Shown: positions 38,888 through 54,719 of the stretch, piece after piece
Position numbering within the stretch: the stretch's first letter is position 1
How the letters are laid out: each line of letters begins with the position of its first letter
DNA from: the human T2T-CHM13v2.0 reference genome, Homo sapiens
DNA: 64,000 bases
NCBI RefSeq assembly: GCF_009914755.1
Contig: NC_060946.1
Direction: 5' to 3' (one strand)
Notes under the pieces: model-generated
Seen by the model: only the letters and a program-made list of their open reading frames with translations
Database searches by the model: none
Told to the model about the DNA's origin: nothing
Translations under genes and position numbers: made by a program

Positions 38888-39383
38888 CTAAGGAAAAACA
38901 ACTAAGAAAATGCAAAGAGGGCATGGATGTAAGCAAGTCTTCCTGGTGCTTGGAACCTGTTTGCACCCTGTCCTTCAAGAGAATCCACAGAAACATGGCT
39001 TTCCGGGGTCCCTCACTGACTAGCTCCTGGGCTGCTTCCCTGAGAACAGCGCCATTTGCCACCTATTTCCAGGGCTTCGTTTCCTGATCCTATTAGTGCC
39101 GAGAATGCTGAGAATGTTAAGTTAGCTCATTGATTAATTCATGTATTAATTCATTTAACCACCCTATGAGATAGGTACTCCTCTTAGCCCCATTTTACAG
39201 ATGACAAAACTGAGCCACAGAGGCTATGTAACTTTACTAAAGTCATTCAGCTGGTAAGTAGGACGCTGGAATTTGAACTCAACTAATCTGGATCCAGAGT
39301 CTTCCTCTGATCAAACCTCTCCATTCTTTCTCAGGGACATCCCTCTTCTCCAGGTGGCTCGCTCTGCGGGGGCATGGCCTCAC

Positions 39384-39616
39384 TCTTGTATACTTCCATT
39401 GGCCAGAAGCTTATTCCTTAAAAAGACAGTCTGGATTATTAGAAATTTCTTTATATTGAGCCTGCATTTCCTTTCCAGTTGCTTTTAGCCCCATTTCTGG
39501 GATTTCCCCTTGAAGACACAGATTAAATTTACATTTCTTCAAAGCCAACATGAGTCTCTTTCTGAGTTCTCTCCTCTTCTCACATTGCCTATGTTCATCT
39601 GACTCTCTACCATCTT
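39384..39616 (-). pseudogene. Candidate pseudo-exon E (ends uncertain)
   Basis: Protein-like reading EDGRESDEHRQCEKRRELRKRLMLALKKCKFNLCLQGEIPEMGLKATGKEMQAQYKEISNNPDCLFKE from a phase-1 AG; poor polypyrimidine tract; nearest GTGAGG donor is phase 0. Confidence 0.35.
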
Positions 39617-39856
39617 CTAGTAGTGTGACCTTGGACCAGTCACTTACACCCTCTTTGCCTTTGTTTCCTTGTCTGTAAAGTGGAAACTGAATGAACACAC
39701 ACCTCGCTGGGTACTTTATCCAAAAGCCCCTGGAGCAGTGCTGAGCATACAATATTGTTCTGCAACCTTAACCTGCCCAATCATTCGAATGGGGATAACT
39801 GTTAAGCTTTGCTTGGTACATGGTATGGTTGTGTGGAACCAGCCACAGACCTGTGA

Positions 39857-40164
<308 letters not shown>

Positions 40165-40601
40165 GATTCTGCTTTCTGTCTGTCTATCTCCACTGTCCTC
40201 CTCCTTAGACCCTATCAGCCCTGCCCTGAGCTCACCCTCAGCCCAATGACCAGCTTCTAGTCTTGCTCAGCTGCAACCTCTCTTCCCTTCAGCATCCACG
40301 GTGTTCTTGGTAAAACACAAACCTCACCCAGTATCTCCTCTGTTCAGATCCTTCCCACACCTCTCCTGGCCTGCCTGATAAAGTTCAAATTCCATGGCTT
40401 GACTTATAAGGCCCTCCTTGGTCTGTCCGCTGCTGACCTCCTGGCCTCTCCTCTCCTGTTTCTCCCCTCCTGCTTCATCTTGAGCCAAACGAACCAGCTC
40501 CTGGGTCTCTGAGCCTTGCCTGACTTTGTGCTGTACCTGCTTTGTGTCTGAATCCCCAGGGCCTAGCACTGTGCCTGGCAACCATCCGGGGCTCCGTAAA
40601 C

Positions 40602-41858
40602 CTTGGCTGGTGTGTGATGCCGAGAAGCGAATGCTCTGTAAGCCACTGCTGCATCCGTGGCAGTTCATGCCATGATTTTTTCCAGGGGTCATAGTCAAAA
40701 TGATTGTCTGATCCAGAGCAGTGTCCATGTGGCCCCCAGATGTGCCCAGCATTAACCATTTAGGTGATGGGCATGAGGAGGTTCTGGGCATGCCATGGGG
40801 AGGGGGAGGGGCAGCACAGGTGCTGGGAGGCAGTGGATGGAACCAAGTGCTACAGATGCACGTCCACGTTTTAACAACTAGTACAGCTCCAACGTTCCCT
40901 CTGGAAAGCGCTTTCTTCCCCTGGGTCCCGTTTCCTTCCTTTCTCTCCCCAGCTTCCCCAGGCCTTGCCCTGTTGCTCTGCCAGCCACCCCAGCACAGCC
41001 CTCTCAGAAGGCTTTTATTTTGAAGCCTGCACAGGGCCTTTGGTGACCTGTTTTCCCCAGAGTTTGCCCACAGGGCTTGGAAAGCCTCTTTTACCACATG
41101 GCACTGTGCACACCAATCTGGCCTGGTTCTTTTTGCCTAAAGATCCCTCATCCCCAGGACCTCCATTTTCAGGATGGGGACATGGAACACGGAGCCCATG
41201 GCATATACCAAACAAACAACATTGAATGGCATGTAAAACAGTGGTTCACCACATGACACCTTCATTCAAATGGGCTTGCAGATTGGCTTAGCCTGTGAGA
41301 GGACAGGTGTAGGACTGACAGCCCTCAACAGATGGGAGCCAGGTGACCTCCCACCAGGGGTCTTCATCCGTCAGGTAGGACCAGCATCTCCAAGTGCGGA
41401 ATCCCCTCTCCTATGTGGCTGTTGCTTCATGTTTTTTCATGGCACCCAATGGGTTAGCTTGTTGGTTGCTCATGTAGTCCGTAGAAAGCCATCTTTGAAT
41501 AGGTGACAAAGTTTGAAATGTCTGCAAGGGAACCAGCAGAAAGTGGTTGAGGTGACCCTTCCATGGGGGGAGTCTCTCTACAAGGGTGTATCCGTGTGGA
41601 GCTTTGGCAGTTCCGAGCCTCCGTTCCCTCCTGTATGACATGGAAGCTGTTGCCACCAGCAGCACTGCATGGGCAAAGGGAAAGTACCTGGCCAGCCCAA
41701 GGTCCCTTCTCCTGGGTTCTCATCAGGTTCCAGTGTCCCAGGCCATGTGATGGAGGCGAAGCTAGGGCACCCTCTGGAATGAGAAGCATGAAACTCAAGT
41801 CCCAGCTCATCTCTGTGACGTCCAGCAATTCATTCCCTCCAAGCTCCAGTTTCCTCAT
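40602..41858 (-). pseudogene. Candidate pseudo-exon D (1257 nt, phase 1-1)
   Basis: Acceptor ttcctcccacag|; weak donor CAAG|GTTTAC; start and end in the same frame; last 165 codons open (part of ORF 40324..41097). Confidence 0.45.
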
Positions 41859-41983
41859 CTGTGGGAGGAATACTGTAAAGAAAAGAAAAAAATACATATT
41901 GCAAACTTTCAAAAGTGAAATGCTTATTCTGGTGCATTCCTGGGGGAGAAGGGAGCAGATGACTTCCAAGTTCAGGAAAATAC

Positions 41984-42127
41984 CTTGATTCATTTTGGTG
42001 TTGTTTTTGCTGAAAAGGAGAGGCCTTCTGGGAAAAGTCTGGATAAAAGACAGTTGCACATACAGAAAGCAATCAACTACTTTGTGGAAAAAAGTTACAA
42101 GCATTGGTCTCTCCTCCCTCCTGAGCC
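41984..42127 (-). pseudogene. Candidate pseudo-exon C (144 nt, phase 1-1, open)
   Basis: Acceptor ttttttctttctatgtcaacaag|, donor CAAG|GTATTT; reads LRREERPMLVTFFHKVVDCFLYVQLSFIQTFPRRPLLFSKNNTKMNQ with no stop. Confidence 0.5.
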
Positions 42128-42349
42128 CTTGTTGACATAGAAAGAAAAAATATCTATATCTATATCTATCTATCATCTATCTATCTCTATATGTATATGT
42201 ATGTATGTGTATATAAAGGATAGTCCGTCAGTCAAGGACAAAGAGAAGAGAAAGAGCATCAATGGATGTGAGATGGTAATACACTGTGGAAGGCGGGATT
42301 TGCTTCGAGGAAAGGTAATATATTCAGAAGGGCAGCAAACCTACACAAT

Positions 42350-42667
<318 letters not shown>

Positions 42668-44275
42668 CCTACATTACGCAGAGCGGAGCACCAGTGAAAA
42701 GAAAACCAATGAGCTCAGACCCGCCCCCGCCCCCCACCCCCCCGCCACAGGGTCCCCAAGGTGAGGGGAGCAGGTGGAGAGGACGACGGGGGTGCAGTGA
42801 GAGCCAGCAGCCCGGGGCTTATCCTTGAGCCTTCTTCGGGAAGTCGATTCTCTGAGGATGGCAGAGAGGAGAGTCTCAGGACACCACGGCCACCAGCATA
42901 GCGGAGGCCTATGAGTGCCCTACGGAGGGGCATGTGCAGAGCCCCTCATCCCCTGGTCATCCCTACACCTTCTGCCCTTCCGTTAGAGTCTGTAGATAGG
43001 GTTTTCGGGGGATAAGGGGCAGGTCCACGCCCTACAATGCAGGGCTCCGGGAGGTAGGGGTTTCAGATGGGAGTGTGTGGGGGCAGAGGAACAAGGGGAG
43101 AAAAGACCCTTTCCCTCCCTCATCAGAGAAGAAGAAGACTTTTGGAAAGACCTGGGAGGGGTGCTGGAGAAAGTCTAGATCCTGCTATTAAGTGGAAGGG
43201 GAAGTGGTCTGAGCATCAAACTTTACCCTGAGGCTGAAGCCCCTTCTAAGATCGTTGTGAAGCCCATTCTAAGATTCTAAAGATCACCTCGTGATCTTTC
43301 TTATCGTCCCCAGGGCTCCAGGGCACCCACCATAACACTCCTAATTCCATCATCTTAAGCACTTACTGTGTGCCAGGCAGATGTTCCATTTCGAACCCTT
43401 GTGATACCTTTCTAGTGGATGGCGTGTGGAGTCTTTAAGGAGAACTAGGAATTGGTTAAGCAGAGATATTGGGGGTGGGGGGTGGAGGCACTGGAATATG
43501 CAAAGGCCTGGGCACATTGGGGCTTGAGGGACCACCTGCCCCAGTAGTTTTAGCTGGGAGAGGAGAGGAATGAGTCTGGAGTTAGGCTGGAGCCTGGCTG
43601 AATGAGAGCGATATGGACTCGTTTTCTTAGCCACCGTGAGGCCTGGAGGGATGGGATGTGTGGGGTTAGTCATATTCAGGAAAGGCCTCCCAGGAGCTGG
43701 TGTGGATGACAACCCGCAGGACGGATGGAGGACAAGACCAGGTGGGCCACTGTTGAAATTATTCAGGCAGGAGAGGAGGAAAATCTGAATTTAAGCCCAG
43801 GCTGTAGGGATGGAGGAGGAGAGGCAGTTAGAGGGAACTTAAGGAGGTGAAATACATTCCTGACAGATCGGCTGTGGCAGGCCAAGGAGACAGGAAGGCC
43901 AAGGTGACTCCAGGTTTCTGTCTTCCGTAAATGGTGGAGACAGAGCTCAGGAGGAGGGGCCGCTGTGGAGGGAAAGGAACCACTGGCTTGGAGGGGCTCG
44001 GGGAACAGCTAGGGAGAGGTAGGGGGTCCAGGAGGCAGCTGGGACACACGGCCTGGTGCCCAGCGAGCGACCGCAGAGTCCTCGGTGTGCAGATGGTAAC
44101 AGAGCGCTCGGGAGTAAGGAAACCCCCACTCAGAGTGCATGCTGGGGAAGGTGGCTGAGGTTGGAGAGGCATCTGGGAGGAGCCCCAGTCACAGAGGAGA
44201 AGCGGTGGGAGCAAGTGGCACAGGGGTTGGGGGAGCCGAGGCAGCATTGTGGGTGGTAGGTAATAGCAGAGGCCA

Positions 44276-44578
44276 GGCCAGGCGCAGTGGCCCACGCCTG
44301 TAATCCCAGCACTTTGGGAGGCCAAGGCGGGTGGATCACCTGAGGTCAGGGGTTCAAGACTAGCCTGGCCAACATGGTGAAACCCCGTCTCTACTAAAAA
44401 TACAAAAATTAGCCGGGCGTGGTGGTCCACGCCTGTAATCCCAGTGACTCAGGAGGCTGAGGCAGGAGAATCACTTGAATCCGGGAGGCAGATTGCAGTG
44501 AGCCAAGACTGCGCTACTGCATTCCAGCCTGGGAGACAGAGTGAGACTCCGTCTCAGAAAAAACAAAAACAAAAAACA
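44276..44578 (+). mobile_element. Alu (AluSx-like)
   Basis: 14-bp TSD AATAGCAGAGGCCA (44262-44275 and 44579-44592). Confidence 0.95.
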
Positions 44579-45829
44579 AATAGCAGAGGCCACAGCTGCA
44601 GAAGGACCCCAGGTGAGGGCTGGGGACAGGAGTACACTGAGGGCTGTGGCTAGGAGGTCACAGCTGGGAGCAGGTGGCCGAAGGGCCAGGAGCTGAAAGG
44701 CCAGTTACAGAACTCCCAGGACTGCGTGTTACAAAGCTCTCTGGTTCCTGGCTGTGCAGCTCCGAGAGAGTGGGGCACCCTGGGCAGTCGTCGCCACACT
44801 GTGGGCATGTAAGAGGGAAAGCTCTCCCCTTAACGTAGAGGGCAGAGCTCATGAGGAGCGAGAGATGCTTTTATTTCAATCACCTGGGTCCTGGCCTCAT
44901 CCGGCAAGAGGGCAATGTCCGAGATCAAAAGCCCAGTCCTACTGCAAGTCTACCCACTTGCTTTGTCTCCTTCTTCACTCTCGGCCTCCATCCTCCCCTC
45001 TTTTTCTCCCTCCCTTCCTCCCACAAACCCTTATTGGTCCTGTTTTGGACACTGGTGATTCATAGATGAATGGGACATGGTTCTTGCCCCCAAATGTGCC
45101 CATGCTATGGAATCTTCAGCAGGAAGAGGTGAGAAGTGAAGACGCTGACAGAGGCTGGAATTAAAGTGACAGCTCTAGCTGGGGAGGGTGCTGCCCCAGC
45201 CTTCCAGGGAAGTCTTTGACCAGTTTTGAATCTTAGGTGATGCAAAGAATCAAATGGATGAAGAAAAGCCATAAAATCATAGAGATGGGAGGAAGACGGG
45301 GAGAATGCATCAGGAGAGGTCAAGTTGATGTACAGGACAATGAGCAGGCAGAGGAAGGGAGGAAGGCATGTCCTGGGGCCCGGGCTGGAGGGAGGGTGCG
45401 GGTGGGTGAGGGGCTTCAGAGTGCTGCAGCGCAGAGGAGGGAGGAGAGGGCTGTGGAAAGGGGAGGTTGCCATTCCTTTGTAGTTAATATTTGGAGGCAC
45501 GACTGATTTTTGAATATAGTTTCATGCAGATGCTGGTCAGCCTGGAGCCACACTTTTCTGCTGGCTGTAGATTTTTCCCCTTTTGATGCCTTTAGGAAAA
45601 TCAAATTCCAACATGTCTGTGCTGGATAAACTGCAGCTAGAGGAGCCCTCCTTTCCTGGGGCACTTTCAAAGGCAGTGGCATCTTAGCAGCATCAGGAAC
45701 CAGAGGTAGACCCTCAGGGAGGAGGCAGCCCTCAGGCAGCTGCTCTGCCTCACCCCTCACCCAGGATTCACCTTCCTGAGCTCTTTTTAACTGTCGCAAG
45801 GTAGTCTCTTTGCTGTTAACTCTGGTGCA

Positions 45830-46355
<526 letters not shown>

Positions 46356-47769
46356 AGTGTACTGGGTAGGGTACAGGTTCAGCTGCTGTAACAAGCATCA
46401 AAGAATCAGCTGCTAAAACACAATAGAAATTTCTTTCTCCCTGAAAAATCTGAACAGAAGCAGGGTCAGAGATCCAAGCTGTTTTGTTGCTTAACTGTTC
46501 TCCATAGCTGGCCTCTCCAGCCAGCTGGAAGGGGAGATGGGAAATGGAAGATACACCTTCTGTCTTTCACGACACAGCCTGATAGCATGTCCATGGCCTC
46601 CCCTCCCATTCTATTGGCCAGCAACTGGTCACATGGCCACAGGGAGCTGCAAGGTAGGCTGGGAAATGTTCTCTTTAGCTGGGTGGCCATGAGTCCAGCC
46701 ACAACTCAGGGACTTTATCACTAAAGGAGAAAGGACAGAGTGGATCGTAGGGGATATTAGCAGTCTCTGCTACACCTTATCAAGAAGAATAAAGACAGAG
46801 TGCACAGGGGAAGGATTTGGCATTCCCTGCAGAGTATTAGAAAAAAATTTGTAACATGCTCAAATGAAGTAGGTATCAATAACGGATATAAAATACCTCC
46901 TTCTTCCACTTCCTCCCTCAAATATTTATTAAGCCCTCATTTATATTAGGCTCTATTTGGATGCATTTTGCAGATAAATAACCTGAAGCTCGGAGTGCTT
47001 GAGGGAGATGTCTGAGAGTTCATAGCCAAAGAGTGAGAGCTCTTTCTGCCTTATTGCCTTGCTTCCCTTGGGACACCCTGGGGCTGGGAGCTGGGCCTTG
47101 CAGCCTGCTAGGCTGGCTAGGTTTGGTGACACAGAAAGCAAATGAATAATTTTTAAAGTGAGAATTCTATAAAGGAGACTGCTTGAACAGATTCTGTTAG
47201 ACTGAAAAGGCAGAAGGAGACACCGAGGTCACCAGAGATAGAAACTTCAGGAAGCAGCCATCACCCCTGCGGCTGTGGGAACGGAAGGAAGAGAGCGGGG
47301 TTACGCTAGCCTGGAAGCTTGGAGGAGGAGACTTAGACCTGCGGGGAGGAGCTGGGACTCAGAACTGCAGACCTCTGAGGAGGGGGTGGGGTGAGACTGG
47401 CTCTGGGAATGTGAAAAAAACTAAAACCTAGAATCAACTGCTGCTGGGCCAACATGGCTTCCAGGGCAGGGCAGTTGGGTCCCGCCTGCAAAGAGAAAGA
47501 AGCAAGCCCCTCCTTCCTCTCCCATCCTTCCGGCCTCCCTCCAGCGCCCCCTCCTGGCCAAGGGCAGCGGAAATCAGCCAGCAAAGCAGAACAAACAGGG
47601 TTTTGAGTCCCAGCTCGGGCACCACAAAGCAGAGGGTAGAAGAAAGGTTTGGAGCTGGGAGAAAATCATTTAATAACCAGCCCCAAGGCTATGACTCATT
47701 TAGACCCCCAGTCTGTGCAGACCTGGGGCCACTGCCTCTGAGCCAGTGCACACCGGGTACTCTGGAGCC

Positions 47770-48750
<981 letters not shown>

Positions 48751-49371
48751 AAAATTGAAGTAGAACGCTGTTAGAAGTGGTGCTTCCTCCCCTTGTTTCT
48801 AATGCCACCCTCTTGCAAGCCCATATCCAAGTAGTGGACCAAGGCATCTTATAAAAACATAAATTCAATCATATCACTCCTTGTTTAAAACACTTGAATG
48901 GTTTCTCTTTCCTCTTTGAATGAAATCCTGAGAATCACCATGACTTACAAGCCTATCTGTCCTGCTCACTGACCCTGACATTTGGAGGGCCTAGAGCAAT
49001 GGGACAGAGGCCCATGTACCACGATTCTAAATATGTACAGTTAGGAATCAAGCCAATCAACTGCTAAAAAGTAAGTTCTATCCTTCTTTGATAAATGTAC
49101 CTTCATGATAAACTGGAAGGCCAGGTTCAAATGTAGAGTTTGGAGTTCTGTCCCAGAATGTAAGGTTAACGAAAGGCAGACGCTAGACTATAGCCTACTG
49201 CCATTGCCTTTCCACCCCCGGATCCATCTGAAACCTCCAGGCTACCTGCCAGGCCGCTGTAGACATTTGTGTCCATAACCTCTGGGGACCGAAGACAGCA
49301 CTGGAGATGGAATCAGAGAAACTGGATGTGAAACATGTATCTCTTGGTTTTCCCCAAATTGTACTTGATTC

Positions 49372-49700
49372 TGTATGTGTGTACATGTTTGAGCATGGGT
49401 ATGCATGCACGTGTATATTTGCATGTGTGTGCATGCATGTATGTGCATTTCTATATGCCTGTGTGTACATGCATGTGTGTGCAGGTGTACATGTACATGT
49501 GTATATGTATGTGTCTCTGTGTACATGCCTATGTGTGCATGTGTATATGTACATGTGTATGTGTATATGTGCCTGCGTGTGCATGTGTATATATGCCTGT
49601 GTGTGCATGCATGTGTATGTGTTTATACATGTTTGTGCATGTGTATGTGTGCCTGCGTGTGCATGTGTATATGTGCCTGTGTTGTGCATGTGTGTTTATT
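49372..49700. repeat. Alternating purine-pyrimidine (TGCA/TGTA/TG) low-complexity tract
   Basis: Read directly. Confidence 0.92.
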
Positions 49701-50366
49701 TATGTACCTCAACAGCAGTGTGAGCTACCTGAGGGCAGCAGTTGTGCTGAATTCATCTCAATATCCTTTCTACCTGGTGCAGAGTGATACTAGATGAATG
49801 CTTGTGGAGTGAATAAATGAATGGATGAGGGCCAGTACAGCAGTTATTAAGTGTGGGTCTTGAAGCCAGACTGATGTGAGGTCCAAATCTTACTCTGCCG
49901 GTCATTAAGCAAGCCGCTTTGGTTTATTTTCCTAATCCCGTAAAGCCTGGGTTTCCTTATCTCCCGGTGGGGATAAGAATACCACTATTTTATGGGGGTT
50001 GGTGTGAGGATTAGGTAACAACAATCAGAGCCAACATGGACCAAGCCAGGCTGTGGGCCAGGCACTGTACTAAGGGCTTTGCAAATGCTAGCTCTCGTGC
50101 TCCTCCTGGCAATTTCACGGTGTAGGGGTGGTTACACAGTCAACTCTCAGAGTGACTTGGCTGTTACCGTATTTATGATGGTGGAGAGGAGATTCAGGAT
50201 TCTTAGCCCCTGGGGGAAGCTTCCCCTGAGTGCAGCTCAGATTCTGGCTGATAGGGCTGTCTGGAGAGGTTGTCTGAGCCAGCAGGCTGCGCGCTCTGCC
50301 TGGCCAGCTGCAACTTGACTCTCGACTTGGCCGGGTCCTTCTAGTGCGGCTTATAGCATTCAACCT

Positions 50367-50424
50367 CCTCTAGGTGGCGCTGCGGAGCGGGGACTCGGCT
50401 GCTGATCGCGGCGCCCCCTGGCGG
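50367..50424. promoter_or_regulatory. Two convergent CTCF core motifs in a small CpG-rich patch
   Basis: CCTCTAGGTGGCGC on + at 50367-50380 and CCGCCAGGGGGCGC on - at 50411-50424; local CpG retention at about 50280-50530. Confidence 0.75.
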
Positions 50425-51317
50425 TCTGTTCCCGTCAACATTTAGATTAAGCGCAGAGCCGGTTCCGCCAGGGAAGTGCGCGTCCCGGTGCCCCCGCGTG
50501 ATGAGAGCGGATGACAGATTGCGGGAAAAAGTTAGAATGTAACGTTAGTTGTATGACAGAGAGGACCAAGCTGTGCAGCAGAGGGAGACAGAAAAGGGAG
50601 GGACCAAGCCACAGCAAGGAATGATCGTCAATAACATTAACGTCTAGAATTTATTGACCACCTGCTATGCGCGAGCCACTGTCCTAAACATCTGGTATTC
50701 ATTCCCTTAGTTAACACACCTCTAGTAAGTGCGTGTCTCAAGAACAGTGTCTGTGTTTCATTTAGGGCCTAGCACACAGTGGGTGTCTGGCACATAGTAG
50801 GTTCTCAACACATTTGGAAATGAATAATACAATAATCCTGCAATTTTTCTCTCCAATTAATAATGTAGAGGCAAATATTATCTCCATTTAGAAAACTGAA
50901 CAATGGTCGGAGAGTTTGCACAACTAATGCGTGACACAGCGAGGGCACACGAGGTTTAGACCCAGCTCAGCCGTGTGCCAGGGCTTCTCAGAGAAGAGAA
51001 GACCCTCTGCCTTCAGGGAGTTTGCTGTCTAATTGGCCACGTCTACACCCTCCCTGCCTGGGTGGCATGCCAGGGATGGCTATTTATGGCTCAGGGAGGA
51101 GGTCCAGTGAAGTTCCCCTCATAAATTATAAAGGGAGACACATGTGGGTCAAGATTGGGGAATTCAGTGTGTGAGGGATCCCCAGGAATCTTACACTGTC
51201 CAATCAGGGATTTTCCTTCTCTTACCCTGGAGAGTGGCTGATGTAGGCAGTGGGGATTTGCTGAGTACCTATAATGAGCTCTCAAGGGTATCTCCTGGTC
51301 CTGTAGAAGAGGCTCAC

Positions 51318-52222
51318 CTCCTCCCTATCACAGAGTTCCAGTTCCTATGGCTGGAGCTCTCAGCCCCAGCCGCTGGCTGCTCAAAGGAGAGTTTCCTCAT
51401 GTCCAAAATGGGGGCTATGGTTTATCTTGTATACCCCAGCACCTGCATGAGGAAGGACTGAAAAGTGCTGTGCACTTTTGTGATTCGCACATCCAGTCCC
51501 CATTCAGGCTCTGGGGATCCCCCAGGCATGGTCTTGGTGTATTAGACTTTTTCCTGGAGATGTGATTATGAATGGGCATTAGTAAGTGGTGTTATGCAGA
51601 GATGCCCTTCTCTGAATGGCCTCTGGTATTTGTTTTTTGAGTTCTTGAGAACATATATATTTTTTGGTATTCCATGGTCTTTATCATTGTCAGGCTGTCA
51701 CTGAACTGTCGCTTGCATTTGGCTGCCCCTGGTAATTTTCTTCCTTCCCCTAACTCACTGCTTCAAGTTCTTGAGTTGGCAGGAAGAGAGGACCAGGCTC
51801 CTTTTATATTTCTTCTGTGAATAAAATATGCCAGTGTCAATGCATAGACTTTGAGCTATCAATTCTAACCATTCAATGGCTTTTCTCTTTTTTTGGTTTA
51901 TTCACAGGCTGTGGGATGTGGAGGTTATCAAAAATCAGGTCTCCATAAGTGAGAGGTCACTTCAGGCATTTCTTTGCACTTATCCAAAAAAGATTCCATC
52001 CATACTTGTTTAATGGAACGTGTGAAGAGCTTGGCTCCTCTTCCAGGTCATCCCTCTGCCTCATTCTCCCCCTGCAGCAGGAGCAGCAAGAGCCCGGTTC
52101 TGGAGTGGGAGTAGAAGGTACAGGCATTGCTGCAGCGGCAGGACAGGAGCCCATTGCTGACAGAGTGCCTGGCCTCAAATTACACTGTATCAGAGCTCGG
52201 GCATAAAATTGGCAGCAGCGTT
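51318..52222 (-). pseudogene. Candidate pseudo-exon B (905 nt, needs at least one frameshift)
   Basis: Strong acceptor tttctctgtctcctcatacacag|; phase-1 frame open for 87 codons before a TGA; donor GAG|GTGAGC. Confidence 0.45.
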
Positions 52223-53025
52223 CTGTGTATGAGGAGACAGAGAAATACCTGTATTCAGCAGAACCACGGGCAGGGACAGAAGAAAAGGAGAGAAAGAGGG
52301 GAGGAGGGGAAGAGCTGGCCCGTCGCGGGCTCTTCCCTGGACATCTTTGTCCCCCAGGTGCAGAGGTGGCTTCCCAGTGGCTGAGTCAGGGCCACAGGAG
52401 GTTTCTTGGGGGGTTGGGGGGGCCGGGGTTTGGAGGGCAAGCCATGAAAATACCTGGGAAGGTAAACTTGAGGGCTTAACCCACCTGAAACACACACATA
52501 CAGATATACACACTGAAAACGATTAAAAAAGGAATAAGAAATGTCCATGTGTCTAGGCACTTTTATACAGTTTTCTATTAATTCCTACTACAACTCCATT
52601 AGGCAAGACTGTTTCACAGATTGGTGAAGAAGAAAGGTTCAAAAAGGACATGTTATCTTGCCTGAGTTCACCTATTATAAATGTACTTGTGTTTATACTC
52701 ATTTGTCACCGACTGCAACCTAAACATCTAAACACATTCTCTCACAGCCACAATGCCACCACTATACACATTATATGGTCTTTTATAGACACAACACAAA
52801 TGCACTTACACTTGCCTATGCGAGCTGTATGTGTTTATACACAAATATGTGTTTCCAACTATAGGCATATACTACACACACAGTTTACACAATCACCTAC
52901 AAATTCTGTATCATGCTTGCTTGCTAAAATTGTTTTGCCACTTCCTGTCCTTCCTGACCAACTGTAGGCCAATGTCCTCCTCTTCCCTCAGTTATGGCTG
53001 TGTGCTTGCACCTGTTGGTACTTAC

Positions 53026-53646
53026 AGACACCTGCACTAATAACCCTGCTCTTTCTGTGTTTCATTTCATCCTCTAGCCTGGGAGCCCCGAGACACCAGC
53101 AACTCATCAGACTTATTGTTTGTATTATTTCTAGTTCTTTGGGTGTGAATTCTTCATGATGTGGAGGCTCTGAGCTGTCTTTCACAGCTCACGATTTGTA
53201 GTTTTGGTCTGTGAGTTGACAGAGTAGGCCCTGCAGAGTCACTGACTCCAAGCTGTTTTTATATAATGCCTCAGCTTAGGATTTCTGCACCACGTGGGTA
53301 GCTTATATCGGGGCCTTACACCAGTGCAGAGGGCAGGCTTGAGGCTGATCTGGTACACATGTCCCTTGTTCCACCCATGGACTGTGAGAGGACCTCAGCT
53401 CCTGCCGTGACTCTAGGCTGATGGCTGAGAAACTCTGTTCCCATAATCAGTTCTGACACCCACTTTACACTGAGAACTCAGATTTGACTTTCTGCTAACA
53501 GCAGGACCTGTGGCCTGTACCTAGTCCCAGATTTGGCATTAAAATCTCAGCCCAACAATGCATATCCAATCTTGGTTTTCCCATGGGCTGTTGGCCACGT
53601 TCCTCTCCCCCTGGTATAGATTCCTGACCCCTCTCTTTGATCCTAC
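53026..53646 (-). pseudogene. Candidate pseudo-exon A of a decayed gene (621 nt, phase 1-1)
   Basis: Acceptor tttttag|, donor |GTAAGT, length divisible by 3; one frame spans it with 6 stops; 3' part is ORF 52988..53185 (EPPHHEEFTPKELEIIQTISL...). Confidence 0.5.
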
Positions 53647-54719
53647 CTAAAAATTATGCTTTCTTGTTTTTTTTAGCTGGGACTTGTATGTTTAAAGTAG
53701 TTTAAAACAACTTTCTGCTCTGCATGTATGAATACGAGTGTGTGAGCGTGTGTAGCTGGCAGGGAGTTACTGGGTGTGGCTGTGCCAATGACTCCTGTGG
53801 ACCTCTTCTCAGAGAAGTCCCTTCAGAATCAAATACCCATACCTGTTAGGAGCTGCAGTCACTGACTGGCAGCGTTTCATTCATTCACTGAATATTGGTT
53901 GAGCACTTGCAATGTGCCAGGCACGCTGCTAGCCAAGGAGGCAGTCATTAAACATACAGATAAACAAACAAATGTGAGATGACAATAGTTATGAGTGCTC
54001 TGCAGTAGACGTGCAGGGACCTGTGAGAGAATGTAGTAGGGAGGGCCTTAATTTAGGGTGTGTGGTCAGGGAAGGCCTCACTAAAGATGTAGCTTCTAAG
54101 CTGAGATGCAAAGGAGGCAGTGAAGAGCTTTTTCCAGCAGAGGGAACACCATGAGCATAGGCCTTGGGGCGGACGTCTTAGAACATTCTAGAAACGGAAA
54201 GGAGGCCAGTGAGAAAAAGGGAGCTCAGGAGCAGAGGCTGGGGAAGGCTGCAGGGCCTCAGGGGCATTGGAGGCAGGCAGGGCAAGGACTCTGAACTTTA
54301 TCCTGAGCACAGGGTGATGGGGCAGGAGAGTTTAAGCAGGGAGGGTGAAACTCACTCTGATTGGCAGCCCTGTGAAAGAGGATTGGCTGGGCATGGAGAT
54401 CTAAGGATGAGGAAAGGATATCCCAGAGTGCCAGGGCGCGCAAACCAAACTTCACACTCTAGGAAGACAGAGGCCAGAGGAACCAGGAGGGCTTCCTGGA
54501 GGAGGTGGCATTTACTCTGGGCCTAAGAGATCACAGGAAAATGGAGGCCAGCATTCTAGGCCTGGGGAAGAGTTTGGGCAAAGGCTTGGCAGTAAGAGAA
54601 TAAAGGTGGGGCTTGATGGGCCAGAGGATAAGTGACTCCTCAAGGTCACAAGACACCCTGATGACTGGGACCCCATCTCTGATGGAGCAAGGCTTCTGAT
54701 ACCCAACTGAGGCTTGGCG

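Noticed and set aside
41454-42176. 240-aa minus-strand ORF as an intact single-exon gene
   Set aside because: Starts in a (TAGA)n repeat and reads through an apparent 125-nt intron; better explained as pieces of the decayed gene model.
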